Assembly (NCBI RefSeq): GCF_018977255.1
Contig: NW_024704743.1
Span: forward strand, 76,820,001 to 76,884,000
DNA length: 64,000 nucleotides
From: Callorhinchus milii
Taxonomy: Eukaryota
Reading direction: 5' to 3'
Within the stretch, counting starts at the first letter, position 1. Every line of letters starts with the position of its first letter. The translations under genes were made by a program, and so were the position numbers. Under the pieces are notes generated by a model. The model did no database searches. It was not told the origin of the DNA and was given only the letters and a program-made list of their open reading frames with translations. Shown one piece after another: positions 1 to 12,131 of this stretch.

Positions 1-458
1 CCCCGCCACTCATTTGTTGCCTGCTGTGGTGGCAGAAGGTACCTCTCATTACTCACTCTATTGACTGTTTCTCTCCTGAGCCAAGCAGCTGAGGCAATAA
101 ATTGAGCCTTTCATGAAATGCACGCAACACATCTTGTGAAACTGGGGAGCCTGTGAACCTGCTTCTCCACCTGCTGCTAATACTGTCAGGCAGGGCTCTA
201 TTCTTTTCGTTTGGCTTTATGTTGCCAAAAATAACTTCTTTGCACAGTTCTTTTTACTCAGTAAATTTCTGTTCAGTAAAATATTGTGAAATCAGATATT
301 TGATTGTTTGCGGCAGAGATTTTAGCAGGAAGAGAACCACCCACATTCTGACGATTCATTGGGGGCCCAATCCTGATATAAATCTCACTCATTTTGTTTT
401 AATATCACAGTTGCCTTTTTAAAAAAAGATTATAGAAATGAAGGGTTATTAGTAACCT

Positions 459-619
459 AGTAGCTTTCAAAAGGGAACAGGATAGGTACTTGAAAAGGAA
501 AACATTTGCAGGGCTATGAGCTAAGAGCAGGGGAGTGGGACTAGTTGGATAGCTCTTTCAAAGAGTCGACACAGACACGATGGGACGAATGACCTCCTTC
601 TGTGCTGTGAGATTCTATT
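459..619 (+). mobile_element. CR1 3'-end fragment
   Basis: ttcaaaagggaa...gatgggacgaatgacctccttctgtgctgt...attctat resembles the 3'UTR of the CR1 at 57904. Confidence 0.8.
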
Positions 620-884
620 TCTTTGAAATGAGGAGTTATTTTGTTCCATGCACTCCCTGTTGATGTGGTTGAACCTCTCTTTTCCTGAGTTTGTAGGTTT
701 GGGGGATTTGCACTTCTAAATAAATTCAGTGAAGTTTCAAAAGCACAATTTCATGTTACTTCAATGAAGAGAAAACCACAATGTTACACAAACCCACTGA
801 AAAGAACAGAGCTGTGGTTCTTTTATACAGTGAGGCATGCAGGAGATTGATAGGCTCTGCATCAATCAGTTATTTTAATAACTT

Positions 885-1040
885 CATAGCTCACAGACAG
901 TACAGCATGGAAGTAGGTCATTTGGCTCATTGAGCCTGTGCTGATTCCTCCATTGGCATAATCTACTTTAACCCCATTTCAATAGGCCCTTTTATATTCT
1001 TCCTCTTTAAGTGCCTATCCAATTCCATTTTTAGCTGTTC
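885..1040 (-). mobile_element. Degraded CR1 3'-end fragment
   Basis: acagcatggaagtaggtcatttggctcattgagcctgtgc is the reverse complement of a CR1 tail. Confidence 0.65.
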
Positions 1041-2671
1041 ACTACAAATGATCAGCCCTCTAAATCATAAGAAAGTAGAGCAATGTTAATGATGGTTACA
1101 AGTACAATGTAAAATGAGGGCTAGAATCCATGCGTGAATGCAGTGGACTCTCTCCTGAATCTTGGCCCTGAAGCCATTCTTAACCTAAAGGACACTTCTA
1201 CAACAGCAGGGGTTCTCTGATAAAGCAACTAGATTGAGTTTCTCCCCACTTATTTCCTTTAATTTCATTAATTACACATCATTATTTGGTGAATTGTACT
1301 GGAAAACACACACAAATGGAGTGGAAATTGTGGTATTCTGGATATGGGAAGAGCGACTCGGAGTGGCAACTCGTCAAGCCTGTTGAATGTGCGTCACATG
1401 TCACACCGATCCGCAGGAAGCCTGCTCCAACGTGCAGTTAAAGTAAATTGTGTAACTCCTGCGCAGTTGTTGTGAATTGTTTTGGTCAGCCGTGTGTCTA
1501 ACACATGTGGAAACCGATCACCATGCTTAAGAGTATCCAAACCAGACTCAGAGTTCCAGATATGTGATTCTGATATTTTGTTGCCAAGCACATTGCCTTG
1601 GAGCCAGCTCAGCTCTGAGGAGATCCAGCATATCAACCCCACCCCCACCAAGATGAATAGTCATTATTTAGTCATTTGATATGGGACAAGTGCAGAGTTT
1701 AACCCTCACTAAGTGGATGGCAGATACTAGTAACTGGGTCATCACGATGCACTTCTGGTTACTGGCAAAATTCACTATTTGGTGATATGAAGAGTTGCTG
1801 TACGTGAATCCAGGTTGTAATTGTCACATTAAGAGTAAATGCCACATTTTCAACCCCAGCGTCTCGCGCTTGTTACTGCAAAATTGTCCTTGTGTCCAAG
1901 GGAGGTCACTCTACCCTGACACTGTCTGCTGGATCCATTAACTCTTCATTGCAGGAAGCAGCAATCTTATTTAGCTAAACCAGATTAAAAAATTCTGTCA
2001 TATGGAACCTGTGTCCGGAATATTTTATTTAACTCTAAGAAAAACAACGTAAAATTAATTGCATTTAAAAAAAAGTAAAATATCTTTCAACGTGCTGTAT
2101 TTGGAAGCCCATCATCATAAGTGTGTATGTCATGAGCTTCAGAGATCCCATCCCTAACTACCTGCCTCAGACGGATTATCTCTGACAATTCCCAGTTACA
2201 CCACTGGGTGGAGCACCCAGCAAATGTGAGGAATCCTTTATTTTGAGGGAGAGGGTAAGAACAGATTGGGGAGAAATAAAGCTTTAGCTTTATTTGTGTT
2301 GCACTTTAGAGTGTCCAGAATTGAATTTAGCAGTAATCTTGAAAACGTACAATAACTTACGGACAACAAACTTCAAACTTAAGGACATGTTTAAGATTTC
2401 GCTAAATTCTGGATACTGAAATGCTAAGAAAATAGAATAAATTTAAATCCACGTAGATCCACATAGGTATGTCAGAAAATGAAACAGTGTGTCAACAAAA
2501 GACAACTGTTCTAAGACATGGTTATTTTCAAAATAAATGCCCTTTTCACTGTTTTATTCCATCCAGACCAGAGTCAGAATCATGCATATAGTTTAGTCAT
2601 TAATTAATTCTGGTGTACATTTACAGAAGCTGCTGACTCTTTCTAATCTGAATTTATTTATTTCCCTAAAG

Positions 2672-2754
2672 AGTGTAAGATTGATGGAAAGTTATACAAC
2701 AGCTCCATGAAATGGCTGGTGTCTTCCAATTCCTGTGTCAGACGTGCATGTCAG
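2672..2754 (+). CDS. BMPER: BMPER exon (human exon 4 equivalent), VWC2 N-half: CKIDGKLYNSSMKWLVSSNSCVRRACQ
   Basis: tttccctaaag| acceptor, CAG|gtatgt donor, 83 nt, phase 1 to 0. Confidence 0.9.
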
Positions 2755-3784
2755 GTATGTGCTGCTCTGGCTCCTTCATTGAGTTGTAATGTTAATTTAT
2801 TCGGCTGGAACTGAACATCTGTGTGTTTGTGTGTATGTTGTAAAGCTGCTGCTGTGTGGGTGTGAGACATTGGGCACTAGTAATTGCAATTGAGGAAAGC
2901 AGGTTTCAGCACACCTACTCCTGTGAGTTCCCCAATTTCAGCCAGCTTTAGTTGAAGTGACAAATAGAAGGGGAAGCATGGCAGGCCCCCACTATGTGGT
3001 TCCGGGGCAGTTGCCAGCTTGGAGGGGGTAGAGACATCATAGCAAATTACTGCCCTACCTCAAAGCTTCTAGTACCAACCCACTCTGCATATACTCTTTG
3101 TTAGAGATAATGTCAGACCTGCATGGGAAGAATAAATAGGAAACAAATAGAGGGAACAGAAACTTACTTTATCTTTCATGCTGAATCTGTTAAAATGGAC
3201 ATACGGACAATTATTTGGATTTTATCTGTTCTCAGATTGCCTCAGAATCATCCGCAATAGCTGCTTTAAAGCTGCTTGCCGCAGATAGATGTGTCGATAT
3301 TGCGTATTTAACACTTCTTGTATGTCTAGGCTTTGTCAACTTGTTCTTTGCAACTGTGTCCAAGAATTGGAGCTTGTCTAAAAATCTGGGACTGTCAATT
3401 ATCATTCAAAGAAGTTCAGTTTAATGAAACTCCATTTTTAAGGAAGCATCAAATCTAATTTAGATCAGAACTCCCAGCACATGGTGGTAGCTTCACCTTT
3501 TTTTCACAGAGTGTTACATGAGAACAGGTGGAGTATTTTTAAGATCCAGTAAGATTCTATAGAAACTTACTATCAAGTTTTTCAAAACAATATTCTATTT
3601 GTAGGTGTGATGCTGCTCTGTCTCTCTGTGTAGTCATTTGAAAAGACAGGAGAAACACAAAGAGTTTTTTACTGATCCAATGCACATGAAGTCAGAGACA
3701 ACAAATGGAGCTTTGTTCGCACGCTCCTTGAACAATGTCTGCGAAGTGCAATATAACCATTTTTTGTTTTGTGTGTGTTTGCAG

Positions 3785-3875
3785 GAAGGTGTTGTCACAG
3801 AATCCGATGTTCTGTGTGTGGTTCACTGTAAAAATCCCATTGTTCAACAGGGGAGCTGCTGCCCAGTATGTCCAG
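3785..3875 (+). CDS. BMPER: BMPER exon 5 equivalent: [30 protein letters not shown]
   Basis: tttgcag| acceptor, CCAG|gtaag donor, 91 nt, CCPxC VWC motif. Confidence 0.96.
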
Positions 3876-4920
3876 GTAAGACCCTGTCAGAAATTACTGG
3901 CTTGCAAGTCAGATACTGTATTTTACAGGGGACTCCCATTATTAAGCGTCTCATTACAGTGCATGTTCACTTAGAATACTGCTCTCCTGTGGATTTAGAG
4001 TTTCTGACTGAACGGCACGTGTAGTGAAACTGGCTATCGCACCTAGCGATGTCACAAGGCTCCACTATTTGTGTACAGATCCGTAACATTTCCAAGTGTC
4101 TGCTTTAAGTAATACTGTTTTCCAGTATAGCAATGTGCTGTTGGAAACTGGTTTTATATTTCCTGCTCTACACCCAATTGTAGGGGTGTGCAGAAAAACA
4201 CCAAACACCTGAATTTGTTGTTGGGGGCATGTATAGAATATTGCACAACACTTCACAATTTGTGCAGGTGATGTGTCCCCAGGTGACAACCCACACAAAA
4301 TACTTTTAGAGTGCTTCCCTCCAGGGGAGAGAGCCCACACACCATTTCAGACAAATGGAAATTGCCATGCATAGATGGAAATCTCAGTAGTTTAGATACG
4401 CTTAAGCATGACAATGGGTTTCCGTGTGTGTCAGACACCCAGGTTGATCCGGAACAAAACGTGAGGAGTGCCAATAGACAATAATGACACAATTCCTGTA
4501 GGCTCTTCCTACAGTTATTCTTGGGAAGTAATGTGGCCAGCATACAGTGTGCTGAGGATATATCAATGCCCAACATCATATACAAAACAACTAGGCGAGA
4601 CCCAACAGCAAAATACAGGGTGTGAAGAAACCATGACAGAATTATGATCTCCGTGTGAGGAGAGATATTTATATATGATATGACGGCTTTAGTATTTTTT
4701 GTATTCAACACCTGCAGTGGGTTAAGCAACGTTAAAAAAAATGTATGTTTGGCATTTTTATAGCCCAAGAGATTAGTAGAATCTACTTTTTGTGAAGCCA
4801 TACCTGCCAAATCTGACTTTCATTTCCACTGGTACTATATTTCTCCACATGAGAGTTTGTAAGTTATAAATCCTAGATTATCAAAGCTCTGCTGGTCCAT
4901 TAGTCTGGACTGGATTCCCT

Positions 4921-5219
4921 TTCCCATATTTCTGGAGCACACACTGATACCGTCCCGCGTTTCTGGAGCACTCACTGATACCGTCCAGTTTTTCTGGAGC
5001 ACACACTGATACTGTCTCGTGTTTGTGGAGCACACACTGATACCATCCCATGTTTGTGGAGCACACACTGATAACATTCTGTGTTTCTGGAGCGCACACT
5101 GATACCATCCTGTGTTTCTGGAGCACACACTGATACCATCCCATGTTTCTGGAGCACACACTGATACCGTCTCATGTTTCCGGAGCACACACTGATACCG
5201 TTCTATGTTTCTGGAGCAC
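4921..5219. repeat. Minisatellite with a 31-bp unit (about TCTGGAGCACACACTGATACCATCCCATGTT), about 9.5 copies
   Basis: Unit starts at 4931, 4962, 4993, 5024, 5055, 5086, 5117, 5148, 5179, 5210. Confidence 0.95.
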
Positions 5220-6318
5220 GCTTTATGAATGTTTCTGAATGTTATAAAATAGTGCTTTATAAATGTTAACTTTTTCAAGGAAAGTTTTTGAATATCACTG
5301 TTTCATAGCATCTGGCATAGGCACCATCAGAGTTCTGGTTTGGAAAGGGTTACACAGCCTGACCTGTGAGGGAGCTGGACTCACACACACACACACCATT
5401 GATGCTGATTTATGGCTATTAATGTAATTCCACTCCCACTTGGCTGTAACTCTGGATTCCCCCTGTGCTATTGTGTACTTCTCTTCAACCTATTTCCTAG
5501 GAGGACTCAACCAATGAACCTTAATCCCTGTGAGAAGGGCTTAGCTTTTGCTTAGCACCTCCTCCTTGGACACATCTGAAACTAGTATTATAATAATAAT
5601 AAGCTTTGCTTTTGATATAATGTTTATAGCATCAAAACATATCAAAGCACTTCACAGGTACTGTAGTTGCTATTTAGTGTAGTTACCTTGCAGTTCAAGC
5701 AAACACAGCAGCCAGTGTGTAAACATCTAATGTCCCACAAACAACCCCAAAGTGAATGACCAATTTATCAGGATAATTGTTGGCCTGGAAACCAGGATAA
5801 ACTCCTAATGGATTATTTAATGTTCATGCAAACAGGCAGGACCTCAGTTCAATGCTCATCTGTAGAAACACACTTCCAACAATGCAACACTTCCCCAGTA
5901 CTGCATTGGAGCGTTAGGCTAGACTGCAAAGCTCAAGTCTCCACATAGGGTTCACTCCATAGCTTTCTGACCCAGAGGAAGAGCACTACCAAGTGAGCCA
6001 GGCTGACATTTATAAAGGGAAAGTACATGTGCAGAAGATTAGTGTGGCATCAAAAATATATTTGTTTTACACAGAATTATTAGGACACCAATGCCCTCCC
6101 AAAACAGTAGTTGAAGACAAACAGGACTAAACAGATGCTCTTTCAGAGAGCTAACACAAACACAATGTATTAACTTGCCTCCTCTTGCATCGTATGATCT
6201 AATCTATGATATATATTTGAATGCTCTGCTTGCAATGGTCATTCAAAACTCTGGAGTTTGTGTTCTCTCTGACACCCAAATGCAAGGATTATTTATATTG
6301 ATGTTCTATTTATTTCAG

Positions 6319-6401
6319 GGTGTGTGTTCGGTGGCAGGCACTACAAAGAAGGGGACGAGTTCCACCCTGATGGAAATCGATGTATTAAATGTTCCTGCAC
6401 T
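6319..6401 (+). CDS. BMPER: BMPER exon 6 equivalent: [28 protein letters not shown]
   Basis: tatttcag| acceptor, ACT|gtaagt donor, 83 nt. Confidence 0.95.
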
Positions 6402-8199
6402 GTAAGTACAAAATAACACAACAGTTTTAGACCTTTACACAAAGTTCAGCCTGGCATCCGACACAACCCCAGTACTGGAAGCATCACCGAAAGTCAACAG
6501 CCACCCAGGGCACCATATAGTGTGAGCATAATATACACAAGGTGCTTCTGGTTCAGCTAAACTACTGTCTGGCTCAATCTTTCTGTCAATGCATCACTTG
6601 AATGTATATAATAGGATGAGGGGCGGTGAAGATGTGATATCTGTAACAGGAAGTAACATGCAAATAATAACTCCGGTCATAACCAGATGTTCGTTAAACT
6701 AGCTTGTGAGGAACTCAGCTTTGATTTACTGAGAAGATGATAGTAAAAATAATAATCTTTACATTTGATATAAATAAAATTGGCATTCACTTCATGACTG
6801 TTTGTGGGGCATTGCTGTGTGCATGGGCGACCATCTTCACCTACAAATATGCAGTCACTACACTTTGTAGTGTATCTTGTGAAGCGCTTTGAAGACGTCC
6901 TCCTGACAAGAAAGGTGTTGTACCAAATGCAGGGATTATTATTATTTTAGCGCCTCTCATGTTGGGAGTAAGTCCCAAAGTGCTGCCCTGGATTTTACTG
7001 TAGAGATTGCTTTGAACAGAGTTCTCACTGTCTGCCATGACACACATCTGGTTAATGACAGGAGTCGCTATTTGAGTCTCCCAGTTATTAATATTGTGGT
7101 TTAGTCTTCAACCTGATAAAATCAGCAATGAGTGACAGTTCACAAATGGTGGCCCTAAAATTCATTTCTCATTGTAATTTATTTATCCTGTTTTGCAAGT
7201 TATGTACAATTTTACGACTGCGTTTACCTATGGCTGAAACTTGTGTAAACAACAAATGGCCATGTTTGTGCCCAAACTAAACATTGTTCCAACAGCACAG
7301 TGCAGCTGCCATTCTATTAATCAAGCCTCCTTCCTTCTTGTAGTAATAATAATAATCCTATGTTTGATATAGCATCCTTCATGTTGGGAGGAGGTTTCAA
7401 AACACTTCACAAGATTTACTGTAAATGGAAGTGAATTTGTGTGTAGACAAAGCTGGCAGTAAATTTGCACACAGCAATGTCCCACAAGCAGCAATGAAAT
7501 AAATGACCAATTTTATTTAGGGTATTGTTGATCGGGAGAACGTAACTTCTTTTGAGTAATGCCATAGGATCCATAACGTCCACCTGAAGAGACAGACAGA
7601 TCTCAGTTTTATGTCTCATCTGAAGGACAGCACCTCCAACAAAGCAATGCTCTCGGTAATGCATTGAATAGTCATCTTAGATTATATGAGTTCAAAGTTC
7701 CAACATGGGCCTCAAAACCACAACCTTCTGACTCAGGAGAGATTGCTACCAACTGAGCCATGCTGAGTCTCGATGTGTTTTTTTTCGTTTTGTATCTTTT
7801 TTCTGCCAAACTACTTAGAGTAAAGCAACCTGTTCAAACATGTAAACTTTCAAATATGTAACTTTCTAAAAAAATAGTGGGGATGGTAAATTCAATTTTC
7901 AATTACGGATTCCATGTTCTGAAACATTGCAATTTTCTATCTATTCCTGAAGTCTGGACACTGGAATAAATCGCCCTTAAAGCCCACCCCACCCATCCAA
8001 TTGTTGCAATCCCCCTGTAGTGATTCCCCTCCATTCATGGTGATCCTGTCACTCGTAGTGTTCTCCTGTCTTCCCCACCACTTCCCATTATTCAGTGTCC
8101 TGTCTGCCTGTTCGAGTGGATGTTAAAGATCCCATAGCATTCTAAGACGCCATCCAGTGTGTAGAGCCCAATGTAAATGCTAGTTGTTGTTGTGTGTCA

Positions 8200-8620
8200 G
8201 CCTGGCGCAGTGGTAGCACTCTCGCCTCTGGGTCAGAAAGTTGTGTGGAGAAATTTTACATAGGGACTTAAACTCACATAGTCTAAGGTGACGTTCCAAT
8301 GGAGTGGCTGGTGTGCGTTGTATTGTCGGAGGTGCCGTCCTTCTGATGAGACATAAAACCAAGGTCCCGTTTGCCTGTTTGGGTGGACATTAAAGATCCC
8401 ATGGCACTATTTGAAAAGAGAAGGGAGTTTCTCCTCGGGTCCTGGCCAGCAATCCCCCAAATAAAACTAGTTACTCACTCCACGGCTGTTTGTGGGATGT
8501 TGCTGTGTGCAATTGTGCTGCTCTATTTGCCTACAAATACACAGTCACTCCATTTCACAGTACATACTGTGAAGTGCTTTGAGAGGTGCTATACCAAATG
8601 CCAAGGATTATTGTTACTAT
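8200..8620 (+). mobile_element. Older, longer Deu-type SINE (SacSINE1/AmnSINE-like). Other degraded copies at about 5590-6010(-), 7345-7765(-), 25320-25700(+), 28790-29200(+), 29550-29840(+), 31080-31375(+), 52180-52520(+)
   Basis: tggtagcactctcgcctctgggtcagaa head, taaagatcccatggcactatttgaa, gctgtttgtgggatgttgctgtgtgc core, L2-like tail. Confidence 0.8.
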
Positions 8621-8944
8621 TGTATTGCCTCACAGATTGGTGTTGTTTAACACAGCACAGATGACAAATTTCATGCTTAAGATCCAAAGGTAGGTGGCTG
8701 TACTTTACCTCAGTTTTAAAATATTCTCAATAATTCTGCCACTGAATGCCACTGAATGCCACTGAAAACACAACCTGCTTGTATCAGTGCAGCACTTCAT
8801 AACCAGAATACCTCTCAGAGCATTCTGCACTTACTTTTGTTAGTTTTTGGTCTTCCCATTAAAACTGTGCCTCAGACTTGACTAGAGTTCTGTTAGTGTA
8901 CCCTATTACTAGGCAGGAGTTTCATTCAGGATACAGTTAAATTA

Positions 8945-9411
8945 TTAGAATTCTCTCCCATATTCTCACCTACACTAAACTCCGTACCCCCATCACCCCA
9001 GTCCTCACCAGGCTCCACTGGCTCCCTATCACAGAAAGGATTAATTTCAAGATCCTCACAGTCGGCTACAAATCCCTTCACGCCCTGACACCTCCCTACC
9101 TTTCTAACCTGCTTCCTCCCCACTCCACTATCCGCCTCTGCTTGGCTGGCCTCCTGCTTATTCCTTGCCCTATCTGCTCCACCATCGGTGGCTGACTTTC
9201 AACCACTATGCCCTGAAGCTTTGGAACTGTCTCCCCCAATCCTTCTGCCTTGCCCCCTCCTTCCCCTCTTTTAGATCACTGAACACCTTCCTCTTCAATC
9301 ATGCTTACGGTCACTTCCTCCATCCCCCCAACTCGGCGTCAGTCTCAGTTCCCTGTTAAGCACTTCGAGACCCTGCCCCAAATGGAGGCGGTATATAAAT
9401 ACAAGTTGTTT
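8945..9411 (+). mobile_element. L2 LINE 3' fragment
   Basis: ctccactggctccc...ttcaagatcctc (LHWLP..FKIL), LWN-LP, tail ...tatataaatacaagttg. Confidence 0.85.
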
Positions 9412-9675
9412 TTGAATTAGGAAGGACAAGCTCTGTGTCCCCATTACTTCCATCCCCACCTTAGTCTATATTTACTCTAATTATATAGCATTTCAGCACA
9501 TCTAGAATTGAACTAATTGTCGGATTAACTTTGAAACTGTTTTTTTGTAGCTCTTAAAAGAAACTTACAGAAAGTGAGCTTCAAGATTATGGTTCTGTTT
9601 AAGAATTTGCTCACACTCTGAAGTGCTACATAAAAAGAGTAAATCTAGACCCAGGTGAAGTTTCTTTCCCCACAC

Positions 9676-10110
9676 GTGTGATACTGAGTCATACAGGACC
9701 AGAGGTGCCAGGTTCAGTCCCTATCCTGGTCTGAGTTAGCTCCAGTTAGGATGTCTATGATGTAAGGGGGAGGAGTCCCAGTCTTGTTCTGCAACTGAAC
9801 ATTACTATTTTTTAAAACCTCTAATTCCAAAAACAAGAAAGCTATAGCAGTCGAGGAGGGTTGAAATGTTACAATTAACCCTGTGTCCCTGAGCTGGGGA
9901 GGGGAAAAACTCAGCCAGTGCTCGTGCTCCTGTTTTCTATCCAATAATCTCTCCTGGAAAGTGTGCAATGGGATGTCAGGTGTTGACAGGATCAGTCTAG
10001 GCTGTGACGTTCCCCTTCCCCCAGCCCAGTCACAGACTGCTAACACTCAATGCCTTGGCTCACAAATGAATAACGGCAACTCTGGGTGAGGTATGAGTCA
10101 CTGCTTTCAG
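9676..10110 (+). mobile_element. Probable old SINE of a different family
   Basis: B-box-like ggttcagtccc followed by ctgagttagct; body resembles chondrichthyan SINEs from memory only; single copy here. Confidence 0.4.
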
Positions 10111-10214
10111 GAGACAGAATTGAATTTCCCTCCTGGAGAGTTATTGAGCTTGGGAAGCAATGCTGTCAGCTGATCTGTCTGTATATACATATTTTTTTCA
10201 TTCTGAAAACTACA

Positions 10215-10498
10215 ATATACCTAGTGACTAAAGGGTATCAATTTAAGCAAACGGACAAATTAGGAGGTTAGGAGAGCTGTTTTTACACACAAAATGGGAT
10301 ATGGAATGCACTGCCAGGCATAGTGGTTAAGCAAAAATCATATTAGCTTTCAAAAGGGAACTAGATAGATATCTAAAGAGGAGTAAACTACAAGGGTATA
10401 GGGGAAGGGAGTGTGAATGAAATAAAAGGATTGCTCTTAAAAAACACAATGGTCAAATGGCCTTTTTCTACTGTATTTATATGGTTCTATGGTTCTAG
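10215..10498 (+). mobile_element. Degraded CR1 3'-end fragment
   Basis: tggaatgcactgcca...ttcaaaagggaactagatagata...aatggcctttttct, ending in (ggttctat)n. Confidence 0.75.
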
Positions 10499-11159
10499 TT
10501 ATTTGAGCTGTGCATTGACACATCATAAACCTCTATATCTGCAATTGTTGCTTCGTTGTGCTTGAATTACAGGCTTTAAAAATGGTACCATTCATAGAAT
10601 AACATTGTGAGGAAAGCCCATTTTTGGAGAACCATTTGTTTCTAATCATTCATTTCTCCCAAGGGTATGAGTGAAATAGTTCTTGACACTCATTCTTATG
10701 GGTAGAGAGGGAACTCAGGAGGAACTTCTTTCAAATTCATCTCTAACAATTTATTCCCTTAATTGCAATACCATTCGTACACGTGTCATGCAGAGGTCTG
10801 AGGATCCACTCATTCTGCAGCTCCACAGACAGTCTAGCTCAACCTTTATCCCAGTTGATGCTGAGGAGCAAACCCCTTGGGTTAACTCATGAAATAGTCA
10901 GCATTGTGTTTCAATTAAGAGGGAAGTTGAAATACTGTATTGTCTAACGCAGTGTGGCCAACCTTTAGTCGGCAAACAAAATAAATGTTCTTGATGGAAT
11001 ATTTCTTGATTTAAGCTTTAAATCAAGAATTATTCAATCAAGAAAAACCTGAAGACACATTACCAATCGAACACGGAGTTAGATAGACTTGTGTGAATGT
11101 TCAGGGTGGGGTAACGCTTTTGTTGGCCTGGTTGACACTTCCGGCCTTCGGGCCATGAG

Positions 11160-12131
11160 TTAGCAACCATTCGTCTTGACTCACCCCTCGATCCCTCTGA
11201 TCTCTCACCCTACGTTCCATTTCCAACCTACCCTTCCTTACCAAAGTCCTGGAACACATTGTTGCAGGTCAATTTCAGTCACATCTTTCCCTCCACTCCC
11301 TCCTCAAGTCCCTGCAGTCTAGTTTTTCACCCTGCCCACAGCACAGAGGCAGTGCTTGTCAAAGTCACAAGTGTTGTCCTCTCTATCTGTGACCAGGGCT
11401 CCCTCTGCCTCCTCGTCCTCCTGGATCTCTCTGCCATGTTCGATACAGTGGACTACGCCATCCTCCTCCACTGTCTCTCCTCGGTCATCCACCTTAGTGG
11501 GACTGCACTCACGTGGTTCGAATCCTATTTAACCAACTGCCTCCACTTAATCTTGGCAAATGGTTTCTCTTCCCTTCCCCGCCCACTCGCCTGTGGAGTA
11601 TCCCAGGGCTCCATCCTTGGCCCTCTTCTTTTCCTCCTTTAATGCTCCCTCTTGGCGATGCCATCCGCAGACATGGGGTAAACTGCCACATGTATGTGGA
11701 TGACACACAAATCTACTTTGCCTCCTCCAGCATCGACTCCAGGTCTGCTGATGTTCTATCAACTTGTCTGGATTACTCAAACGCACTCCTTGCTGGTCTC
11801 TCCAGCTCCACTATTCAAAAAAATCCAGCTTGGACCAAACTCCGTACCCACAACTCACCAGTTCTGTCCAGGCTTCACTGGCTCCCTATCACCCAATGGA
11901 TCTACTTCAAGATCCTCACACTTGTGTTCAAATCCCTTTCTCTCTGGCACCTCCCTACCTCTCTGACCGCCTCACTCTCCAATCCACCACCCGGCCCTCC
12001 TGCTCATGCCTCACACCTCCACCCCACCATCGGAGGTCATGCTTTCAACCACTACACTCTCCCTCAATCCTTTCACCTTGCCCCCTCTCTCCCCTTTTTG
12101 AAGTCCTGCCTGAAAAGCTTCCTCTTCGACT
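11160..12131 (+). mobile_element. L2 LINE RT fragment, degraded with internal deletions
   Basis: HSTEAVL, LLDLSAMFDTVD, GVSQGSILGP, YVDDTQ, LHWLP. Confidence 0.9.

Noticed and set aside
4253..4810. 185-aa minus-strand ORF
   Set aside because: No motif, overlaps the unclassified dispersed repeat; probably a chance ORF.
4921..5219. CRISPR-like repeat/spacer appearance
   Set aside because: The variable part is only about 10 nt and the units are related to each other; it sits in a vertebrate intron with no cas genes. It is a minisatellite.
4835..5278. Repetitive ORFs (SVCAPET / YQCVLQKH)
   Set aside because: Translation artefacts of the 31-bp tandem repeat.
8737..8766. (tgccactgaa)x3
   Set aside because: Short slippage repeat with no further structure.
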